Below are positions 56,547 through 64,000 of a stretch of DNA of 64,000 bases, piece after piece. The first letter of the stretch is position 1. Each line of letters begins with the position of its first letter. A model generated the notes under the pieces. The model had not been told where the DNA came from, did not search any database, and saw only the letters and a program-made list of their open reading frames with translations. The position numbers and the translations under genes are program-made. The stretch comes from Bacteroidales bacterium (GTDB taxonomy: Bacteria > Bacteroidota > Bacteroidia > Bacteroidales > UBA1715), in the NCBI GenBank assembly GCA_027858745.1, contig JAQICB010000151.1, positions 10,925-74,924 of the forward strand, given 5' to 3'.

Positions 56547-59003
56547 TTACTTACTAATTTTTTTCCGTTCCTGAATGCATATTCGTATTTCTTGTGCAAA
56601 TATTAAAATAAGAACGAGAATCAGTACTATTGAGCTATATAACGAAATGTTATTTGTTACATAAAAAGCTTTGGGTTCAAATTTAAATTCTATATGATGA
56701 TTTCCCGCAGGAATTTCAAGTGTGCGAAGTATATAATTAGCCCGAATATGTGGTGTTAATTCGCCATCAATATATGTGTTCCAACCTTTGTCGTAGAAAA
56801 CTTCAGAAAAAACAGCAAGTCCCTTATGTTTATTTGACGACGAGTATGTAAGTCTGTCGGGAGCATATGAAGTGAGTTCTATGTTTGCTGAAGCTTCTAA
56901 TATAAATGAGCTGTCAGTGATATCATCTTTAAATCGTGTGTCAACAACAGCTGTTTCAGACGGATTAAAAGAATTGAGTGCTTCAATTTCCGCATCAGGG
57001 TTTGGTACAAACCGTACGTGCTGAACAAACCATGCATTACCTAATGCTTTGGTGTTTGGCTGGACTTGTCGTTCTCCTGTTTCTCTATTGGGAACAATGA
57101 AGTATTTTGCATTAAGCATATTAAATACATCCATATTCATCTTACTTAAATGAAAATCAATTAAATCCTGATATCGTTGTAATTTTGCACCATGATAACC
57201 ACCAATAGATTTATGATGATATGAGGTGACTGCATCATTAAACGGATTGTCGAGATTCATAACTCTGTAATGCATTGCTGTGTCTTGTAGTATAAGTTTA
57301 TCTACAGCACGCGGTGCGAAATAATCTTGTTGAACTTTACGTGTTTTTTCAAAATCATCATCATTCAAATATCGTTTATCTACTTGCCATAAATCGAGTA
57401 GGGTAAGAACAACAAGAATGGCAATACTTGTATGTACTGTAATTTTTTTGAAATGATATGCGGTGAGAACGGTAAATGTCGCAACAACAAAACCAAGAGA
57501 ACGCCATGCATCGGCAATAAGCAGACTTTTTCGATCTTTTCGTAAGGCATCTATAAGCCAGTCCGGCCATGCAGATTGTAATTGATTGTCGACACTTCCT
57601 CTGAATGAGTGCATGTCGGCAGTAAATATTAATAGAAGAATAAGTCCGCCTATAATATATAAACTGTAGAGTAATTTTTTGAAAAGTGCTTTTGTATCTT
57701 CTTCTTTTTGTTGTGAGAAGAATTTGCGTAAGCCGAATATTGCGAGAAGCGGAATACAAAACTGTGCAATAACCAATATCATTGATATAGTCCGGAATTT
57801 ATTAAATCCCGGAAAATAATCAAGTATTGGTTCTACGAGTATCATAAAATTATTTCCCCATGCTATCATAATTGAAAAAATGGTTGCAGAAAGTAACCAC
57901 CATTTTATGGGACCGGTAACAATAAACAGGGCAAAGACAAATAAAAATATAACAATAGCACCTATATAAACGGGTCCGGATGTTGATGCTTGTTCTCCCC
58001 AGTATAGCGGTGCATTTTCTGTCATACTGCGTATTTGATTTCGAGGAACTTGATTTTTTTCAAGCGCTTTAAACATATGAGAGTCTTTGCTTAATTCTCC
58101 GGAAGAAGCACCTCCTTTAAAGTTTGGTATGAGCAAATTAAATGTTTCTCCAATTCCATAACTGTAAGAAAGAGCATAACTTTTATTAAGCCCTGTTGTT
58201 TGATCTTCTTTGTCGTGTGTGAGCTCCGATTTGCCTCTCATGGTATCTTTACCGTAATCATAGGTCATATATAAATTACTCAGGTTCGGTAAAATAGCTA
58301 ATAATGCACCGACCAGTAAAAAAGCGGATGGTTTTATAAAATTATCTCGTACAGTTTTAGTTTTTATGGATGTATAAACTTGAAAAATGCCGAAGATTAA
58401 AATGATTAATAAGGTATAATATGTTATTTGTAAGTGACTAATCATTATTTGTAATGAAAGAAACAGAGCAAATAAAGCGGTTCCTAACCATTTTTTGCCT
58501 TGGTATGTTGCGACGACACCGGCAATAATAACCGGCATATAACTCAGGGCTATGGCCTTGGTGATATGACCGGCTTCAATAATCACGAAAAAATAGGATG
58601 AAAAACCATAAAATAATGCCCCAAGCATACTTAAACCAATGCGCACGTTGAGTAATAGTAATGCGATAAAAAAGCATAAGAAATACATAAAAGCCAGCAT
58701 ATGCGGATGTGACTTATTATTTTTTAATGGAGCAAATGTATATTTGATTAAGTTGTCATATCGTACCGAAATAAGATATGCCGGCATACCACTAAACATC
58801 GAGTTTGTCCATAGTGTTTGTTTTCCGGTTTCTTCCCTATAGTCTCTGATTTCTTTAGACATTCCTTCATATTGTATAACATCATGTTGACGTAATTGTT
58901 CGCCTTCAAGTACCGGTGAAAAATAAACAAGCATACTGATGAAAAATGCAAGTATAACAGCAAGGCTGTATAAAAATGGTTTGAGTGTTTTAATTGAAAT
59001 CAT
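56547..59003 (-). CDS. YfhO family membrane glycosyltransferase-like protein
   Basis: About 818 aa from ATG at 59003. The N-terminal pattern (SPVLEGEQLRQHDVIQYEGMSKEI..YREETGKQTLWTNSMFSGMP) matches my recollection of YfhO. More than 12 TM helices, plus a C-terminal periplasmic domain and a final TM anchor. Confidence 0.8.
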   Translation of the reverse strand: MISIKTLKPFLYSLAVILAFFISMLVYFSPVLEGEQLRQHDVIQYEGMSKEIRDYREETGKQTLWTNSMFSGMPAYLISVRYDNLIKYTFAPLKNNKSHPHMLAFMYFLCFFIALLLLNVRIGLSMLGALFYGFSSYFFVIIEAGHITKAIALSYMPVIIAGVVATYQGKKWLGTALFALFLSLQIMISHLQITYYTLLIILIFGIFQVYTSIKTKTVRDNFIKPSAFLLVGALLAILPNLSNLYMTYDYGKDTMRGKSELTHDKEDQTTGLNKSYALSYSYGIGETFNLLIPNFKGGASSGELSKDSHMFKALEKNQVPRNQIRSMTENAPLYWGEQASTSGPVYIGAIVIFLFVFALFIVTGPIKWWLLSATIFSIMIAWGNNFMILVEPILDYFPGFNKFRTISMILVIAQFCIPLLAIFGLRKFFSQQKEEDTKALFKKLLYSLYIIGGLILLLIFTADMHSFRGSVDNQLQSAWPDWLIDALRKDRKSLLIADAWRSLGFVVATFTVLTAYHFKKITVHTSIAILVVLTLLDLWQVDKRYLNDDDFEKTRKVQQDYFAPRAVDKLILQDTAMHYRVMNLDNPFNDAVTSYHHKSIGGYHGAKLQRYQDLIDFHLSKMNMDVFNMLNAKYFIVPNRETGERQVQPNTKALGNAWFVQHVRFVPNPDAEIEALNSFNPSETAVVDTRFKDDITDSSFILEASANIELTSYAPDRLTYSSSNKHKGLAVFSEVFYDKGWNTYIDGELTPHIRANYILRTLEIPAGNHHIEFKFEPKAFYVTNNISLYSSIVLILVLILIFAQEIRICIQERKKISK

Positions 59004-59016
59004 ATGCAATTTGTAT

Positions 59017-60384
59017 TTAGTTTTTTTGATTGTATAAGTGTGCAATAATATCTAAATTAAATGATGTATTTGCATGCATTGCTTCTTTTTGTGTTACTTC
59101 AATATGTCCGACTTTTCCCGAAATAATTTTTTTGGTTGATTTAAAATGAGCAACATTACAACTTGTAATGCCACCTACATTTCTGAACAATGCTTCTCGT
59201 TCTAATTTTGTAAATTTGTCTTGATGAAGTATTGGTTTCATACCACTTCCGTCATGTCGGTAAAATAATCCCTTTTCTCCGCGAACACTTATTAAAGAGT
59301 CGCTTTTGAAAATAAGCATGGTATGTATAGCATCTTCATACGATGTGTGTTTAACCAATGGAAATTCCGGTGAAATAATAAGAGCAAATTCCGGATTAAG
59401 ATGCGAAAATCGGGCATCATTAAGAATTGAAAGTACTGTTGAATCAAGTGTTTGATCTAAACGTGAGAGTGATTTTTCACGTTCATGAAAGATAATTCTT
59501 TCGGTTTTCGTATAGCTGTGTTCTATATGTCTTTTTATCGCCGAATCCGGTGAGCTAATAATAATTGTACCGGTTTTTTCTGATTTAAGGGCATTTTGAA
59601 TAGCAATGTCTAATAAATAGGTGCCTTCAATTTTTTCAAATGCTATGGTGTTTGTATCCCGAACAGGTATTATTGTTATGGTGTTCGGAAAGGTCTGGAT
59701 ATGTTTTTGTATATAATTGTCTTTTATTAATTGTCTGGTTCGCAGTATCTTATCTTCGTTTGATGTGAGGTTTTTTCCGTGTTGACGATAATAAAATAAA
59801 GGTTTATTTACGTTTGCAACTTTATATTTGGTCACAAACTTTATCCATAATTCGTATCCGTCCTGACAGGTATATTGCTCATCGTATCCGCCAAGGTTTT
59901 TTAAAAAATCTGTGCGAATCATTGTGCATGCCCCGTGAGCCGGTTGGTCAAACAGACTGACTTCATCGTTGAAAGAATGTCTTTGTTCAATATTTAATAT
60001 ATTACCCTCTTTGTCAACCATATAGTAATCCGGAAAAACAAGCCCGAGGTTTTCGTCAGATTCTAATTTTGTGCTCATTACTTCTAATGCATCAGGAGTC
60101 AGAAAGTCATCGGCATCAAGACGCATGATGTATTTGCCTTTGGATGCTTTAATTGCAACATTATTGGTAACGTTAAGTCCTTTGTTTTGTTGGTATATTA
60201 TCTGAATCTTTTCATGAGATGCATATTCTTCAATTATTTCTTTTGAATTATCCGTCGAACCATCATCAATAATAATAACTTCGAAATTTTGAAATGTTTG
60301 ATTCAGTAAACCGGTAATAGCTTCACGAATATACTGACCGTAATTATAATTTGTAATATAAACTGTTATGAGAGGTCTTGTCAT
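59017..60384 (-). CDS. Family 2 glycosyltransferase fused to a cytidylyltransferase-like (CMP-NeuAc synthetase-like) C-terminal domain
   Basis: 455 aa. The N-terminal half is GT2 (ITVYITNYNYGQYI, IIIDDGSTDNS, RLDADD). The C-terminal half starts TITIIPVRD and shows an alternating beta-alpha pattern, ending in ...NVGGITSCNV..., that resembles the CTP_transf_3 fold. Confidence 0.7.
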   Translation of the reverse strand: MTRPLITVYITNYNYGQYIREAITGLLNQTFQNFEVIIIDDGSTDNSKEIIEEYASHEKIQIIYQQNKGLNVTNNVAIKASKGKYIMRLDADDFLTPDALEVMSTKLESDENLGLVFPDYYMVDKEGNILNIEQRHSFNDEVSLFDQPAHGACTMIRTDFLKNLGGYDEQYTCQDGYELWIKFVTKYKVANVNKPLFYYRQHGKNLTSNEDKILRTRQLIKDNYIQKHIQTFPNTITIIPVRDTNTIAFEKIEGTYLLDIAIQNALKSEKTGTIIISSPDSAIKRHIEHSYTKTERIIFHEREKSLSRLDQTLDSTVLSILNDARFSHLNPEFALIISPEFPLVKHTSYEDAIHTMLIFKSDSLISVRGEKGLFYRHDGSGMKPILHQDKFTKLEREALFRNVGGITSCNVAHFKSTKKIISGKVGHIEVTQKEAMHANTSFNLDIIAHLYNQKN

Positions 60385-60385
60385 G

Positions 60386-61012
60386 TTAATTCCTTGTTTT
60401 AATCGGTTTTGCAGGTATTCCTGTTACAACGGTCTTTGTTTCAACATTTTTTGTTACAACAGCATTGCTGCCGACAATAGCTTTCGGATGAATTGTGCAA
60501 CCCGGTAAAACAGTTGCGTGAGTTCCAAGCCATACGTCGTCACCAAGTGTAATTTCTGCATGATCAAATCCTTGATCTTGTATATTTTTTTCTCCTTCGT
60601 GTTTGTGCATACTTGTTTGTAAATATACAAATCCTGAAATGAGACATTTTTTTCCTACGTTTATTGAATCTCCGCCGTTTAGTACAGAATTGCATCCTAT
60701 TCGTGCACCTTCTTGTATATGTATCTGTGCAGAATTACTTGCCAAAATTCGTACAAATTTATCTATTCGAACGTTATTTTCAATAGAAATTTTCGCTTCC
60801 TTATGAGCTCGAATATCAACGTTTCGACGGAATATAACATCATCTCCGATAGAAATTTTTGCATTACCGGTAAGCCATATATCCGGGAATGTGTCGCATT
60901 TGAAATGCTTCCCAATATGAATTTGTTTGCCGGAATAAAAGAATTTAAATAAAAAACCTTTTATTTTCGGACGTATTTTCCAGTTATAGTATATCAGTAT
61001 TTTTCCAATCAT
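60386..61012 (-). CDS. Hexapeptide-repeat (LbH) acetyltransferase
   Basis: 208 aa. Repeated [LIV]-G-x4 hexapeptides and C-terminal GIPAKPIK. Confidence 0.8.
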   Translation of the reverse strand: MIGKILIYYNWKIRPKIKGFLFKFFYSGKQIHIGKHFKCDTFPDIWLTGNAKISIGDDVIFRRNVDIRAHKEAKISIENNVRIDKFVRILASNSAQIHIQEGARIGCNSVLNGGDSINVGKKCLISGFVYLQTSMHKHEGEKNIQDQGFDHAEITLGDDVWLGTHATVLPGCTIHPKAIVGSNAVVTKNVETKTVVTGIPAKPIKTRN

Positions 61013-61017
61013 TATTT

Positions 61018-62034
61018 TTATTCAAAAAAAGAATAATCTAATTTAGTAAAAGCTGGTATATTTACCAAAGTTTTTCGACCTATTATAGAGTCAGCTTCTC
61101 GTGCATCTATGCCGTGGAGAGGTCGGAGACAAATAATGTCATCTTCGGTAATTATTGATTTTGCCGGCAGGTCTTTGTTTAAATATACGGCTCTGCGAAA
61201 CGAAATGTCATGTTCGTTTTCTGTTTCTATAGGTAATGGCTTTTTGTAGCCATCTCCTTGCAGTTCCTGAATAATTGTAATTTTTTTTATTAATTCTTTT
61301 ACCTCATTACAGGTAAGTGATACTTTATGATCGCGGAATAATTTTCCGTCTCGCGTATCGGTAAAATGAAATTCTAATATTTCTGCACCCATTGCTGTGG
61401 CATATTCTAAAGCATCAGTACCAACAGTATGGTCTGAGTACCCAATAGAAAGACCGGTTAATGAACGAAGCGAATGCATGACGTTTAAATGTGCATCTGT
61501 GTTGTTTATCGGATACATTGAGGTGCATTGTAATATGCCGAGCATGTTTTTGTGTGTATATATTTTGTTTAAGGATTGAATATACGAAATGGCATCAATA
61601 ACTTCGTGCTCGTATGCTAAACCGGTCGAAAGAATTATCGGTTTTCCGGTTGAAACAATTTGTTTAATCACCGGATATGCCGTTAAATCACCGGACCCGA
61701 TTTTGTATATTGGTATGTATGAATCAATCCATGAAAACATGCTTGTGTCCCATACAGAGGCGGTATATTGAAGACCTGCCTGTGTAACCATTTCGGCTAA
61801 TTTTATATGTTGTTCGCGGCTTAATTCAAATTTTTTAAAATGCTCATTGCGGGTGGGACTTTCTACGGGACTTACAATTCCATCGCCTGTGTAGAGCTGA
61901 AATTTTACCAAATCCACATCTGCTTCAATAGCAAGTTGTGTGAGTTTTTTTGCATATGCAAAGTTTCCTTCGTGATTTCCGCCAATTTCAGCTATAAGTA
62001 ATGGTCCGTGTTTTCCTTTAAAATGTTCTTTCAT
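61018..62034 (-). CDS. NeuB-family nonulosonic acid synthase (N-acetylneuraminate / legionaminate / pseudaminate synthase type)
   Basis: 338 aa. LIAEIGGNHEGN start, KFQ, and YSDHT motifs of the NeuB TIM barrel, with a C-terminal SAF domain. Confidence 0.9.
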   Translation of the reverse strand: MKEHFKGKHGPLLIAEIGGNHEGNFAYAKKLTQLAIEADVDLVKFQLYTGDGIVSPVESPTRNEHFKKFELSREQHIKLAEMVTQAGLQYTASVWDTSMFSWIDSYIPIYKIGSGDLTAYPVIKQIVSTGKPIILSTGLAYEHEVIDAISYIQSLNKIYTHKNMLGILQCTSMYPINNTDAHLNVMHSLRSLTGLSIGYSDHTVGTDALEYATAMGAEILEFHFTDTRDGKLFRDHKVSLTCNEVKELIKKITIIQELQGDGYKKPLPIETENEHDISFRRAVYLNKDLPAKSIITEDDIICLRPLHGIDAREADSIIGRKTLVNIPAFTKLDYSFFE

Positions 62035-62717
62035 ATCAATTTGCTGTATTCTCTGTAAATGTCTTTTAAATTGTACAGGGTATGATGTTTATCCCATGAA
62101 TTGATTATTTTTTTTGCTCGTTTAAAGTCTTCTACCGTATCTATAGCCATTTGTTTTCCTGCACATTCAGGACATGTGGTGTTGTAGTAGAAATAAAAGG
62201 TATCGTTTTCATGAGGATATATATCAATTGTAACGTGTTCAAATGCTTCGGGACGTGAAAATTTTGCATATATCTTTTTGTAAAAGTCGCGTTTTATTAT
62301 TTCTATACTCATACCTTTTGGAAAAGAACGTCCCTTGAGGTTTGATATTACATTATAATTGTTCAGTTTCGTAATATCTATCATGTTTTTGAGGCTTTCT
62401 GTATCTACAAAAATATTGTCGCCGTTAATACGAATACCATATTCAATTTCGAAGTGTTTCATGCAATGTAAAAACCGTTCGGCTACATTTGTCAAACTTC
62501 CACGAAAAACTTGTATCGAATGATTCGAGCAATATTCAACAATCGGATTATCTGTACTTTCTGTTGAGGTTGCAACGATTATGTGAGAACGAGAAACAAC
62601 AGTCTCTATTCGTTCAATAATATAATCTAATATTGTTTTCCCGTTAATTGTTTTTAGAATTTTTCCGGGTAGTCTGCTCGAATTATATCTGCATAATATG
62701 ATAATACCTATATTCAT
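62031..62717 (-). CDS. SpsF/PseF-like cytidylyltransferase-family protein
   Basis: 228 aa. N-terminal IIILCRYNSSRLPGKIL nucleotide-binding loop of the CTP_transf_3/SpsF family. 4-nt overlap with the downstream NeuB-family gene. Confidence 0.8.
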   Translation of the reverse strand: MNIGIIILCRYNSSRLPGKILKTINGKTILDYIIERIETVVSRSHIIVATSTESTDNPIVEYCSNHSIQVFRGSLTNVAERFLHCMKHFEIEYGIRINGDNIFVDTESLKNMIDITKLNNYNVISNLKGRSFPKGMSIEIIKRDFYKKIYAKFSRPEAFEHVTIDIYPHENDTFYFYYNTTCPECAGKQMAIDTVEDFKRAKKIINSWDKHHTLYNLKDIYREYSKLI

Positions 62718-63265
62718 TATGTTCGTTCTCCTATTTTTTTTGCAGGAATGCCACCGTATATTGTAAATGCCGGCACATGATCTTTAACTACCGATCCGGC
62801 TGCAATTATGGCTCCGTCTTCTATTGTTACCCCTTTTAGAATTGTCACGTTTGAGGCTATCCATACATCGTTGCCAATAGTAATAGGAGCCGTTGAGTTT
62901 TCTTGTTGATTTATTAATTTGTTTTTTTGTATTTGATGATCGCTGTCAACAATATATACAAAAGGTGCAATTAAACAATTTGCTCCGATAAGTATTTTTT
63001 CTGATGCAAATATAAAATTGTGATATCCTATGGTTGTGTTTTCTCCAATAGAAATTGTTGCTTGTGTGTTGCAACTGCATATTCTAACACCTTCTTTTAT
63101 TGCGACATTATCATGTATTGATATATTTTGTGGAAAACGCATAAACTCCACATTTTTGTCGACGTGAACTGCCTTTCCGCACAGGCCGAGCGTTTTTTGT
63201 GCTTTGCGAAGGCGTAGCCGATGTTTTCGGGTAAACACAAGATGTTTTCTAAATTGATTATTCAT
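62717..63265 (-). CDS. Hexapeptide-repeat (LbH) acetyltransferase
   Basis: 182 aa. Hexapeptide repeats and C-terminal GGIPAKKIG. 1-nt overlap with the downstream gene. Confidence 0.8.
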   Translation of the reverse strand: MNNQFRKHLVFTRKHRLRLRKAQKTLGLCGKAVHVDKNVEFMRFPQNISIHDNVAIKEGVRICSCNTQATISIGENTTIGYHNFIFASEKILIGANCLIAPFVYIVDSDHQIQKNKLINQQENSTAPITIGNDVWIASNVTILKGVTIEDGAIIAAGSVVKDHVPAFTIYGGIPAKKIGERT

Positions 63266-63274
63266 ATAAAATAA

Positions 63275-64000
63275 TTAAAAAATAGTAACTCGTTCAAATG
63301 CATCAATATAGGAGTTTGGAGTTGCATTGTAAATTGTTGTATGTTTTGATTCTGCATATTTTTTTAATGCAAAATAGCTGTTAAACGTATACATAAATTT
63401 CATAAGCATTTCTCCTAATGTTTTTTCCTGGTTTTTTGTGCCAATATACATTACTTCCGGTTTCGCCTCTTTTTCATTATAAAAATGTTTTTGTGTAAGA
63501 TATACTTTATTTTTATCAGACACGTAAATGTCTTTAAGCCATGAATGTTCGGCTCCTAATATGTAGATTGAACTATAGCCTGAATTTATTGCAAAAGTAA
63601 TACTCGGTATGAGTACATTATGCGGACGAGGCACACCCCAATTATGAGATAAAAGGTAATGATTAATTGAAGTGAGTCCTTCAATCGGTGTAAGGTTGTA
63701 ATATTGAATACTGATATGTGTATTATTTTCGATTTGTTTTTTCCATATGCTATGTTTTCGAGCCTGAACAGGTACAAATAGAATCATATCCCAGGTAACC
63801 GTTTCTGCAAGTACGGAAAATGTTCTTTTACGATCGGCTTCATTGCTGTCAATTTTTCCTTTTGCCCAGTAAGATAATGAGGAAATTACGTATATGCGCG
63901 GTTTTATTTGCGAAAATTGATTCGATTTCCAGAAAAAATTTACAGCTAATACATCTTTATCGGTAAAAAAGGTGGTGTTTTCTTCGAGGGTCCTTTGTAT
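63275..64000 (-). CDS. Partial CDS (5' end outside window); possible CstII/GT42-like nonulosonic-acid transferase
   Basis: The frame is open from 64000 to the stop at 63275 (242 codons). The ORF track lists only the last 170 aa. The motif order DVLAVNFF ... AINSGYSSIYILGAEHSW ... NATPNSYI resembles, from memory, the CstII pattern DVFRCNQF ... AIALGYKEIYLSGIDFY ... CPNS. Confidence 0.4.
   Translation of the reverse strand: MQRTLEENTTFFTDKDVLAVNFFWKSNQFSQIKPRIYVISSLSYWAKGKIDSNEADRKRTFSVLAETVTWDMILFVPVQARKHSIWKKQIENNTHISIQYYNLTPIEGLTSINHYLLSHNWGVPRPHNVLIPSITFAINSGYSSIYILGAEHSWLKDIYVSDKNKVYLTQKHFYNEKEAKPEVMYIGTKNQEKTLGEMLMKFMYTFNSYFALKKYAESKHTTIYNATPNSYIDAFERVTIF

Noticed and set aside
57376-57759. 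127-aa same-strand, out-of-frame ORF within the YfhO gene
   Set aside because: It is an alternative frame of a long, well-supported membrane-protein CDS, and its Arg/Cys-rich content is atypical for real proteins.

Overview
Low-GC chromosomal segment that reads as Bacteroidota. It carries type IX secretion (T9SS) C-terminal sorting domains of both type A and type B, a PorP/SprF gene, SprB repeats and a TTTG/TAnnTTTG-type promoter. ATP-PEP carboxykinase plus a class I Fe-S fumarate hydratase suggest an anaerobic Bacteroidales-like organism.

I support about 50 protein-coding genes, 2 tRNA-Arg genes, several clear rho-independent terminators and 7 copies of a modular intergenic repeat family.

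Layout:
- 0-23 kb: housekeeping genes (fabD, folE, polA, glnS, folB, sufE, ribE, gap, fumarate hydratase, an MltF-like transglycosylase), interleaved with a small amino-sugar glycan set. All copies of the repeat family lie here.
- 23.8-35.5 kb: a T9SS cargo island. It holds a 1449-aa type-A CTD protein, then a four-gene operon (small secreted protein, two SprB-repeat type-B CTD proteins, PorP/SprF), then a beta-barrel OMP gene with an in-frame TAA at codon 4.
- 35.9-44.4 kb: housekeeping genes (metF, ABC-F, hybrid sensor kinase, rsgA, xth, pckA).
- 44.6-49.9 kb: a 1757-aa M43 metzincin with a type-A CTD.
- 50-64 kb: two convergent envelope-glycan operons. One encodes FAD oxidoreductase, GtrB/CsbB-like GT2, MprF-type flippase-like protein and a large polytopic protein. 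The other encodes Wzx, YfhO, a GT2::cytidylyltransferase-like fusion, LbH acetyltransferases, a NeuB-family synthase, an SpsF-like cytidylyltransferase and a partial CstII-like protein.

I saw no CRISPR array, transposase, integrase, reverse transcriptase or rRNA. The most promising leads are the glycosylation module at 50-59 kb, the modular repeat family, and the SprB-repeat/PorP operon with its unassigned 590-aa head domain. All family assignments come from motif reading by eye, not from database searches.
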